Position numbers and translations under genes: made by a program. From Alphaproteobacteria bacterium (GTDB lineage Bacteria > Pseudomonadota > Alphaproteobacteria > UBA828), in the NCBI GenBank assembly GCA_965221125.1, contig CBDCRW010000004.1, forward strand, positions 992,001-1,056,000: a stretch of DNA of 64,000 bases. Reading direction: 5' to 3'. This document shows positions 51,138 to 61,100 of this stretch, piece by piece; the first letter of the stretch is position 1; each line of letters begins with the position of its first letter. The notes below the pieces were generated by a model. It had not been told where the DNA came from. It saw nothing but the letters and a program-made list of their open reading frames with translations, and searched no databases.

Positions 51138-52073
51138 ATGAGACGCTACCGCACCGTCATCATCATCGCGCTGATGGGCATTGTTCCCATGGTCGCGGCC
51201 GTGTTCGTGATGCGCTTCATCCTCCCTGCCGCCGAGCCGGTTCAGGCGCCGCCGCCCGTGCAGCAGGCAGCGGCGGCGCCCGCGCCGGTCGTCGAGGAGG
51301 AGCCGGACGAATTCATGGTGCTCGCGGCCGCGCGGGCGCTGCCGGTGGGCACCCTGCTGGACGAGCAGCATCTCACCGAGGTCGGCGTCGAGGAAGACAG
51401 CGTCAGGCGCTGGCATATCGGGACCGAGGACCTGGAGCCGGACGAGATGCCCTACGGCCACGTGGTGCGGCAGGCGATTTCAGCCGGCGCGCCGGTGACC
51501 CGGCAGTCCCTGGTGGGGCCCCGGCAGCGGGGCTTCCTGGCGGCGGTGCTGAAGCCCGGCATGCGGGCCATCACCGTCAGGCTCGGGGCCGGCACGCGCC
51601 ACTCGGGCCTGGTCGACCCGGGCGATCGCGTGGACGTGGTGCTGACGGCGCAGTCGCGCGATCGGGGCGAGCAGAACGTGCTTGCGCGCACGATCCTTGA
51701 GGACGTGCGCGTGGTTGCCGTGGACCGCCGCATCGGCAGTGCGGCGGGCGCTGCGGAAGGCGGCGGCGAGGTCGAACGCACGGAGATTGTGACCGCGACC
51801 CTTGAGGTTCTGCCCTCTCAGACGGGTCTGCTTGCGCTTGGAGAGCTGGAGGGGGAGCTCTCGCTTGCGGTGCGCCCGCTGGCGGCGGCCGGAGCACCGG
51901 CGGAGCCGGCGGACGTTGTGGACATGCGGAGCCTTCTGGCGCTGCCGGAGGAGAACCTGCAGCAGAAGACGGTGCGGGTCGTGCGGGGCAGTCAGGTCAC
52001 AGACGTGACTTTCGGCAACGCGCCCGGGCCTGCCCCCTTCAACGAGGCAGTGGCCGATGCAGGCCTCGAGTGA
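51138..52073 (+). CDS. cpaB: Flp pilus assembly protein CpaB/RcpC (free-standing copy)
   Basis: N-terminal TM helix; VLAAARALPVG, LKPGMRAITV, GDRVDVVL, TATLEV, GELSLAVR. Confidence 0.93.
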   Translation: MRRYRTVIIIALMGIVPMVAAVFVMRFILPAAEPVQAPPPVQQAAAAPAPVVEEEPDEFMVLAAARALPVGTLLDEQHLTEVGVEEDSVRRWHIGTEDLEPDEMPYGHVVRQAISAGAPVTRQSLVGPRQRGFLAAVLKPGMRAITVRLGAGTRHSGLVDPGDRVDVVLTAQSRDRGEQNVLARTILEDVRVVAVDRRIGSAAGAAEGGGEVERTEIVTATLEVLPSQTGLLALGELEGELSLAVRPLAAAGAPAEPADVVDMRSLLALPEENLQQKTVRVVRGSQVTDVTFGNAPGPAPFNEAVADAGLE

Positions 52074-52189
52074 ATGCATCCAACCCTTACCGCCGAGCCT
52101 CCGACAAGGGAACGACGGGATCGACAGCGTGGCCGAAGAGCGAGGGCTCATAGCCCGCGGCAACTAACCAATACCAGGGAGTAGCAACG

Positions 52190-53998
52190 TTGAATACCGA
52201 GAAGCTGTTCACCCGCGCCGTCACGGCGCTCCCTCAGGCGATCAGGAAGCGACTGGACAGCGGCGCGCCGCTCGACTGGACGATACTGGAGGACCCCAGG
52301 ACCGGAGCCAGGCTCGCCGAGGCGGGGCGCGTGCATGCGCGCCTGCCGGAGGCCGTCGAGGTCCTTGCGAACCGTCTGGTGAACGAGACCGGTATCGTGC
52401 CCGCCGACCTCGTCCGGGGCACGGAGCGGCAGACGGATGCCGCCGCCTGGATCCGGCAGGCCTCGATCGAGTCGGAGGGCGAGAGCTACTGTATCCGCAG
52501 TCGCCTCAGCGGCGAGGTCCATACTGGCGTCCGTCCGGAGGCCGTTGCCGGCTACGCGGTTCTGGCGCTGGAGCTTGCGGCGGCGGTGCACGAGGCGGTG
52601 GACCGCTGGATCGAGGCCGGCGAGCGGCACAGGACGGTGGACGGCGGGACGACGAGCCTTCTCGGGCTCTACGCCGTGCGCATGCTGGAACACCTGCGTC
52701 CCTCCTCCGGGAGCGGTCCCGATCGCCGGACGGCGGCAGAACTCGCTGCCGCACTCGACCGGACCTGGAACACTCAGGAACTCAAGACACGCGCCGCACT
52801 GTCCGCTATCCGTCTGCGCAACGTCCGGGGGGCGCATGCGCCGCGGCGGAGCTACTACGCACCGATGACGGGCTACCGCCTGCATTCGTTCGATCCGGGC
52901 GAGATCCGGTGGTTGTGGACTCTTGCCGAGCAGGCGATCGAGGCGGCCAGTATGGACGTCAAGAAGAAGCAAGAGGAGGAGCGACCCGCCGCGGCCCGCC
53001 CGCCTGCAGCGGCGCCTCCCCCGAAACTTCCCCCGACCGAAGCCTCGGATTCGAACGACATTTCCGCACTGGAGGCGCGCATCAGGGCGGCGAACGAAGA
53101 GACCGCCAGACTGCTTCAGCTCGGGTCGCCGGTCGAGGAGTTGGCTCCGGAGCGGGAGCTGAGCGGCCTCAGGGAAGCTGCGGAGAGGCTTCCGGACGCG
53201 GTGCGTCGGCGGATGCGCGAATCCAACGGTATCGGCTTCGCCCATGCGCTGTCGCGGCTGCGCAACACCGAGGATTCCGCTGCGGTCCGGGCGGAGCTGG
53301 GGTCCGCGTTGGCGAAACAGAGCGTTCCCCGCTGGCTGGAGGAGCTTGCCACAGCGCTGCTGGCCGACGCGGGCGCACAGAGCCGCGAGGGCACACGGAC
53401 GGGTGGCCTGCGGCTGCATGCGGAAGAGGAACCGGAGGCCGGGTATCGCGCGGTCGAGATCGAAGGCGGTGCAGCCGGGCGGATCACGGCCCTCGGGCTG
53501 ATCGAGCAGGTTCGCCTCGGCCTCTCCTTCGCCACGGACGCATGGCGGGGCCAGACCGCGATCCGCAGCGCGGGCAAGGAAGGCGGCTGGATCCTGGACA
53601 AGGGGGAGGCTGAAGGCAGCGCATTCTCTGAGAGCGAACGAGAGACCCTGGAGGCAGCACGGCAGATGGAGCAGGTGTTGGACCGCATTCAGCGCGGCCG
53701 CGGCACCGACGCGCCGACGGCGCTCGAGGAAGCGTCCATGACCGCGGGCACGTTCAGGGGGATCGGGGCTGCGACGCGCACGGCCGCAGGCTGGCCGGGA
53801 AGCGCCGAGGCTCCGGACCCCCGTGTCCCGGGCGACGTCGAGCGTATCGCGGCTGTCTCGGAGGCGTTGCACGAGCGGATCCGCTCGATCGCCAACAAAC
53901 ACATCGCGAGCTGGATCGCGGGCAACGGAGATTCCGGGGTCGGCAGGAACGGCCGCCCGGCCACGGGCCAGGACGACGGCCGCCGCACCACGGTGTGA
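52190..53998 (+). CDS. Hypothetical protein (602 aa) within the tad cluster
   Basis: Long co-oriented ORF with TTG start after AGGGAG; helical composition; no family recognised. Confidence 0.65.
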   Translation: MNTEKLFTRAVTALPQAIRKRLDSGAPLDWTILEDPRTGARLAEAGRVHARLPEAVEVLANRLVNETGIVPADLVRGTERQTDAAAWIRQASIESEGESYCIRSRLSGEVHTGVRPEAVAGYAVLALELAAAVHEAVDRWIEAGERHRTVDGGTTSLLGLYAVRMLEHLRPSSGSGPDRRTAAELAAALDRTWNTQELKTRAALSAIRLRNVRGAHAPRRSYYAPMTGYRLHSFDPGEIRWLWTLAEQAIEAASMDVKKKQEEERPAAARPPAAAPPPKLPPTEASDSNDISALEARIRAANEETARLLQLGSPVEELAPERELSGLREAAERLPDAVRRRMRESNGIGFAHALSRLRNTEDSAAVRAELGSALAKQSVPRWLEELATALLADAGAQSREGTRTGGLRLHAEEEPEAGYRAVEIEGGAAGRITALGLIEQVRLGLSFATDAWRGQTAIRSAGKEGGWILDKGEAEGSAFSESERETLEAARQMEQVLDRIQRGRGTDAPTALEEASMTAGTFRGIGAATRTAAGWPGSAEAPDPRVPGDVERIAAVSEALHERIRSIANKHIASWIAGNGDSGVGRNGRPATGQDDGRRTTV

Positions 53999-54041
53999 AG
54001 GGCGTGAGCGTCCCCGGCAGTGGGAAAGAGTGGAGGAGACC

Positions 54042-55127
54042 ATGACCAGGATTGCCACGGCCCTCGTGGCCGTCGCGGTATTGGCGGGAGTCCTGTTGTC
54101 TGCCGCCGCAGCGGTCGCCGACACCCTCGACCGCGCGCTCACGCTCGCCGCCGAGGGACGCTATCCGGAGGCACGGCGGGTTCTCGATCCCCTGCTGGAT
54201 AACGAGCCGGGCAACGCGCAGCTGCGGCTGCTGCACGGGGTCCTTCGAGTGCAGGAGGGACACAGGGGCGAAGCGATCGCCGTCTTCTCCGGACTCGCGC
54301 GGGAGTTCCCCGACATGTTCGAGGCGCACAACAATCTCGCGGTGCTCTACGTGGACGAAGGCCGGCTGGAAGAGGCGCGGGCGGTCCTGGCGGCAATTCT
54401 GGAACGGCGCCCGGAGGCCGTGGGCTACCGCAACCTGGGCGAAGTCTACGAGAAGCTTGCGAGGCGTGCCTATGCGCAGAGCCGTGCGCTCCGCGACGAC
54501 AGGTCCAGGGATGGAGATGACGACGGCGACTCCGGCACGGAGGTCCTGCAGGCGAGCGATGCGGCCGGTACCGTCTCCGAGCCTGCGACCGCGTTGGAGC
54601 CGGCATCCGGCAGCGAGCCGCCCGCGGTTCCCGAAAGGCCGGCGCCGGCCGAGGAGGCGATCGCGGCGGCCTGCCTGGCGACGGGGGAGTTCCTGGACAT
54701 GGGCACTGTCGAGGAAGCACGGCTGTGGCTGGCGGCGCTCGGCGCGGAAGCAACGCGTGTCTCGAGCGGCACTCGCGAGAGAGTCAAGGACTACCGTGTC
54801 TACCTGCCGCCCTTCGAGAGCCGCAAGGCTGCCGACGCGGCGCTCGGGGATCTGAGCGAGAAGGGCGTGAGCGACATTGCGGTGATTCCAAAGGGTGCCA
54901 GGAAGAACGCCGTCTCTCTGGGCATTTACGCCAAAGAGGCGAACGCGTCGCGGCGGGTGGCACGGTTGGAGGAGCTCGGCTACGCGCCCGTGGTGGAGCC
55001 CAATTCCATGGCGGTCGAAGAGCACGCCACGATCAAGGCGCGCCTTCCCGGCGGCTTCGAGGACCTGCGCGATGCCTGGGCGTCGAGTTTCCCTGACCAC
55101 GCTGTGCGGCAGGTGGAATGTGACTGA
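54042..55127 (+). CDS. Exported TPR + SPOR-like domain protein
   Basis: GGAGG RBS, signal peptide, TPR (EAHNNLAVLYVDEGRLEEARAVL), SPOR-like YRVYLPPFESRKAA...SLGIYAKEANASRR. Confidence 0.8.
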   Translation: MTRIATALVAVAVLAGVLLSAAAAVADTLDRALTLAAEGRYPEARRVLDPLLDNEPGNAQLRLLHGVLRVQEGHRGEAIAVFSGLAREFPDMFEAHNNLAVLYVDEGRLEEARAVLAAILERRPEAVGYRNLGEVYEKLARRAYAQSRALRDDRSRDGDDDGDSGTEVLQASDAAGTVSEPATALEPASGSEPPAVPERPAPAEEAIAAACLATGEFLDMGTVEEARLWLAALGAEATRVSSGTRERVKDYRVYLPPFESRKAADAALGDLSEKGVSDIAVIPKGARKNAVSLGIYAKEANASRRVARLEELGYAPVVEPNSMAVEEHATIKARLPGGFEDLRDAWASSFPDHAVRQVECD

Positions 55128-58100
55128 ACTCCCCGCCAGGAAATCGTCCCGGAGCCCGATCATGAATACGGCACACACCGACAGATATCCGGTCCCGGCC
55201 AAACCCGGGCAACCCCGAGCGCGCTTTTCGGTTTCGCCGTTCGAAGCCATCCGGCGCGCCGCGGCGATGGCTGCCGTTCTGTTCTCTCTTTCGGCCTGCT
55301 GGGGACTGTCCGGGGAGAGCCGCTCGCCAGGAGGCGAGCAGCTGCTGCAGAGCAACCTGTCGGTCGCATCCGCCGCGCTCGCGGCCGGCCAGCCGGCGGT
55401 TGCGCACAAGCTCTATCTGGCGCTCGCCGAGCGCTTCGACGACGCGCCCGAGCCGGTCCTCGGGCTTGGCTACATCGCCCTGCAGACGGAGAGGCCCGGC
55501 GAGGCCGGCGACCACTTCAGACGGGCCGCGAAGCTGTCGGACGATGCGCCCGGCTTGCGGGCGGAGGCGCTGCTCGGTGCCGCCCGCGCATCCCTGGCGC
55601 AGGGCGACAGCTCTGCCGCACGGCACCACCTGGCGGCAGCACGCGACCTTGCGGAGGATTCCTCGACGATCGCCTGGATCGAGAACGGCCTGGCCGTCGC
55701 TGCGGTCTTCGAGGAAGACTACCGGACCGCCGAGGCCCACTACGCAAGCGCTCTCCGCCAGCCGTCCGCCCATCCCCGCATAGCAGCCAACTTCATCCGC
55801 ATGCTCATCGCGTCCGGGCGCATCGACGTGGCGGAGCGCACGTACGGGGCCTACGCAACGTCCTATTGGGATGAAGGCGACCGGCATGCCTTGCAGAACC
55901 TGATCGGCGAGGCGAGGCGCCTGTCGCCGCCGCCCAACCGCTTCGATCCGCGCCTTCTGTTGCGGCTGACTGAGATGAAGGCGCTCCCTGACCCGGCGGA
56001 CGCCCCAGCGTACCCCGCAGACGGCGGCCTGCGCACCGGCCCGGAGGGACCCGTGCTGACGATCGGGGGCCGCTTGTTCCCGGCTACACCGGCGACGATG
56101 GCCGCGAGGCCCGCGGCGACACCGGCAGCACCCGTCCTGTCCGAACCGCCACTGGAAGAGACAGCAGATCCCGTCCCGACCTCCAAGCGAAGCGCGCCCG
56201 AATACCAGCCCTCTGTTGGGGAGCGCGGGTCGCCGCGGGCTGCAATCCCCGCCCTCGCGGCTGCACTTCCCCGCGAGGTCCCAGCGTCGTCAGTCACTCG
56301 ATCCGGCTCCTCTTCGTGGTCCGACGTACTCGTGCTGCGCATCGATCCTGAGGGCACATCACGCGAAGGAATATTGGAAGTCGATGCGCCGGTCGAAGGC
56401 CCACCTTCAGCGACATCTACCGATGAGCGGCCACCGGGCAATGCGGAGACCGATGCGGTGCCGGTGGAGGACGTACTTCCAATTGACGGCGCGCTCCGCA
56501 GCGGTTTGGTGCTGGTTGTGGCGTCCTCGCATGCTCAGGTCTCGCCCGGCTCCGCCGTGCCGGACTTCGACGCGGCCACGAGCACACCGGGGGCGCCCCC
56601 GCAGGTCCACGAACCCGGGGCGGTCCAGGCCGCCGGCATCCCTTCCGCAACCGCCGGGGTCGAGCAACAGGCGCACCGATTGGAGGCCGACCCGGTGCAG
56701 TCCGCTAACGCGCTTCTCTTGACCGTTTCCCCCCACGACGGTCCGCCACTGCGGGACAACGCGTCCCTGCGGGCCCCGTCTTCATCGGCCTCCCTCTCGC
56801 GCGAAGCCGGAGCGACCAGCGCAACACTCAAGAGTGAAGCACCCGAGGGTGCACCGCCCGAGGGCGCATCACACGTCGCGGCGGCACAGGCTTCGGGCCT
56901 GCAGTTGGCCACGATCGAAGGCGCGGGCGGAACGCACCGGTCCGAACCCGGCCCGACGCTGGTCGTAAACGTAGCGATCCTGAACGACTACTCGAACTAC
57001 GACCCGTTTTCCGCTGCACCTGCCGCCCATCGTCCCTTCCTGCTCGCCTCCGCCTCTTCGCCGTACATCGACCCGTTGTGGGAATCGGTGTGGATGCCGA
57101 AAGGGAGCGGAGCGGGCTTTCATACCTTTGCGGCGGTTGAATCGGAGAGCCACGACGACTGGCTTCCGCAGGTTGCCGAGACGGCACCGCCGGAGCCGGC
57201 TCGGAGCGACGAATGGACAGTTCTGCTGGGAACGGGCCACAGGCTCACTCTTGGCGTCGACGCTGCGGCGGTCGCGATTGCGTCTCCCGAGATTGCCGAC
57301 GTCCAGCTGCTTACGCCTCGGGTTCTGTTCGTCATGGGGCGGAACCTGGGCCGTACCACCGTCTCGGTACTCGGCGAGGACGGGTCCGTATTCGAGCGGG
57401 ACGTGTCGGTCGTTCTGGATATTGAGCCCCTGCGCGCGCTGTTGGCCGGAGAGCCCGGCCTGCAAGGGGTGCAGGTGGAAAGCCTCACCCGCGGCGTTGC
57501 CCTGGCCGGGGATGTCGACTCGCAAGAGGCGGCGGATCGGGCGCTCGGTCTCGCGACGGTATCGCTCCCCGAAGGCACTCTGGTCGAGAACAACCTCGAC
57601 GTCGGGTTGGATCTGGAGCCGTTGCGGGCCCTCCTCGCGGGCGAGCCCGGCTTCGCCGATGTTGCGGTCAAACGGGTCGGCCGGGGCGTGGCGCTCACCG
57701 GCGAGGTCGCCTCGGCAGAGTCCGCCGACCGGGCGCGTCGGCTGGCCTTGACCGCGGTTCCGGAAGGCCTCCCGGTGGAGAATAACCTTCGGGTGATTAT
57801 CGACATCGAGCCTCTTCGTACGGTTCTGGCCGCAAAGCCGGGGCTCGATCGAGTTCAGGTACAGCGTCTGGCCCGCGGTGTGGCACTTGCAGGCGAGGTG
57901 GACACACCGGAGGCTGCCGACCGCGCCCTTCGTCTGGCCGCAGCCTCTCTGCCGGAAGGCGTGCTGGTGGAGAATAATCTGAACCTGATCCTCGATCTCT
58001 TGCCGCTGAAGGCGCTCCTTGCTGCCGAGACCGGACTGGCCCACGTTCATGTGCGGCAGGTGGCTTGGGGTGTCGCTCTGGCCGGCGAAGTCGCTTCGGC

Positions 58101-61100
58101 GCGGTCCGCCGACTTGGCGCATCGGCTTGCGGTCGCCTCTCTCCCTGAGAGCGTGCCGGTGGAGAACAACCTGCGGGTGGTGGACCTTGAGCCGCTGCGC
58201 GCTGTTCTGGCCGGGGAGGCCGGCCTGCGAGGCGTGCGCGTGGAGAGCCTGACGCACGAGGTCGCACTTGTGGGCGAAGTCGCCTCGCCGGCTCTGGTGG
58301 ACCTGGCGGTCCGTCTCGCCGCCGACTTTCTACCGGAGAGCGTACCGGTGGAGAACAACCTGCGGGTAGTGGACCTTTCGCCGCTGCGCGTGCTTCTGGC
58401 GGGCGAGCCCGGACTTGGAGGCGTTGAGGTCCGCCGGCTCGGTCGGGGCGTGGCGCTCGCCGGTGAGGTTGCCTCGGCAGAAACATCCGAAAGGGCGCAC
58501 AGCCTCGCCTTGGTCACGCTTCCAGAAGACCTGCCGGTCGAGAACAACCTTCGAATCGTGTTCGACACCGGGCCCCTGCTCGAGATCCTGGCGGGCGAGC
58601 CCGGTCTCGAGCGGGTGCGGGTGCAGCGTCTCGCCCGGGGAGTCGCTCTGTCGGGCTACGTCGATTCGCCAGTTGCGGCTGAGCGCGCGCGCGGTCTGGC
58701 TTCCGCGTCTCTCCCGGAAGGCTTGGCGGTGCAAGACAATCTGACCGTAGGCCTGGGCCTTGAGCCGCTTCGTGAACTCCCGGCCGGCGAGCCCGGCCTG
58801 GACGATCTCGCGCCGCTGCGCGTCTTCATCACCGAGGAACCTGGCCTAGAGGGCGTCGTGGTGCGGCGCGTCGGCCGCGGCGTCGCGCTGACGGGCGAGG
58901 TGGCTTCGGTAGAGGATGCCGAAAGGGCACGGCGGCTGGTCGTGGCCGCTTTGCCGGAGACCGTTCCGGTGGAGAACAACCTGCGCGTGGTGCCGGACAT
59001 CGAGCCCCTGACCACCGTCTTCGCTTCGGAGCCCGGACTGGAAGGCGTGCAGGTGAAACGCCTCCCACGTGGCGTCGCCCTCGCGGGGCACGTCGACTCG
59101 CAGGAGGGGGCGGACCGGGCGCTCGGTCTCGCGACGGCGTCGCTCCCGGAGAACACGCTGATCGAGAACAACCTCGACATCGGGCTGGACCTGGGGCCGC
59201 TGCGGGCGCTGCTCGCGGGCGAGTCCGGCTTCGCCGATGTCGAAGTCCAGCGGGTCGGCAGGGGCATAGCGCTCACCGGCGAGGTCGCTTCGCCGGAGGT
59301 TGCCGATCGCGCACACCGGCTTGCCGCAGCCTCGCTACCGGAAACCGTTCCGGTAGAAAACAGCCTGCGTGTCGAGTTCGATATTGTGCCGCTGCGTGTG
59401 CTTCTGGCCGGAGAAGCCGGTCTGGAACGCGTGCAGGTGCAGCGGCTTGCCCGGGGCGTGGCCCTGTCAGGCTACGTCGAGTCGCCGGCCGCGGCGGAGC
59501 GCGCGCTCGGTCTGGCCTCCGCATCTCTTCCGGAAGGCTTGCTTGTCGAGGACAATCTGACCGCAGGCCTTGGTCTCGAGCCGCTTCGTGCACTCCTGGC
59601 CGGCGAGCCCGGTCTGGACGACCTCTCGCCGCTGCGCGCTTTCATAGCCGGCGAGCCCGGTCTCGAGGGCGTCGAGGTGCAGCGGGTCGGCCGGGGCGTG
59701 GCGCTCACCGGCGAGGTCGCTTCGGCAGAGGATGCCGAAAGGGCACGTCGCCTTGCCGTGGCGGCTCTCCCGGAGGGCGTTCCGGTGGAGAACAACCTGC
59801 GGGTGGTGTTCGACATCGTGCCTCTGCGTGTGCTTCTGGCCGGAGAAGCAGGCCTGGATCGCGTGCATGTCCAGCGGCTCGCCCGGGGGGTGGCCCTTGC
59901 GGGCTACGTCGGCTCACCTGCGGCGGAAGACCGCGCGCTTCGGCTTGCCGCCGCCTCCCTGCCGGAAGGCCTGCTGATCGAGAACAACCTGGACGTGGGG
60001 CTGGACCTCGATCCGCTGCGCGTACTGCTGATCGGCGAGCCCGGCCTCGATAGCGTCGCGGCACGGCGCGTGGGCCGGGGCGTGGCGCTCACCGGCGAGG
60101 TCGCTTCGGCGGACGCTGCCGATCGGGCACATCGGCTTGCAGTGGCCTCGCTCCCCGAGAACCTGCTGGTGGAGAACAACCTGCGCGTGCAGTTCGACAT
60201 CGAGCCCCTGCGCGCTGTCCTGGCGGCCGAGCCGGGCCTGGAAGGGATCCAGGTGCGGCAGCTCGCGCGAGGCGTGGCGCTCGCCGGCGAGGTCGCCTCG
60301 CCGGAGGCCGCAGATCGGGCCTCTCGGCTAGCCGCCGCCTCTCTGCCGGAAGGCCTGATCGTGGAGAACAACCTTGAGGTGGGTCTGGACCTGGAGCCTT
60401 TGCGCGCTCTCATGTCGGGCGAGAGCGGTCTCGAAGGCGTCGAGGTGAGGCGCATCGGCCGGGGCGTGGCGCTCACGGGCGAGGTCGCTTCGGCAGACGC
60501 TGCCGATCGGGCGCACCGTCTGGCAGTGGCCTCCCTTCCCGAGAGCCTCCTGGTGGAGAACAACCTGCGCGTGCAGTTCGACATCGAGCCGCTTCGCACT
60601 GTCCTCGCTGCGGAGCCCGGCCTGGAGCAAGTCCGCGTACAGCGGCTAGCGCGAGGCGTGGCGCTTGCCGGCGAGGTCGCCTCGCCGGAGGCCGCGGACC
60701 GGGCGCACCGTCTGGCCGTTGCCTCACTGCCGGGTGGCCTGCTGGTCGAGAACAATATGAGCGTGGTTCTGGACCTCGTGCCGCTCCAGGCGCTCATGGC
60801 CGGCGAGTCCGGCCTGAAGGGAGTCGAGGTGCAGCGGGTCGGCCAGGGCGTGGCGCTCACGGGCGAGGTCGCTTCGGCAGAGGCGTCCGACCGGGCGTAC
60901 CGTCTGATCGCAGCCTCTCTCCCCGACAGCCTGCCGGTGGAGAACAACCTTCGGGTGGTGTTCGACATCGGTCCGTTGCGCGCGGTTCTGGCCGGCGAGC
61001 CCGAACTGGACCGCATCCAGGTGCAGGAGCTGGGCAGAGGCGTCGTGCTGACCGGCGAGGTCGCTTCGGCGGAGGCGTCGGACCGGGCACACCGGATCGC

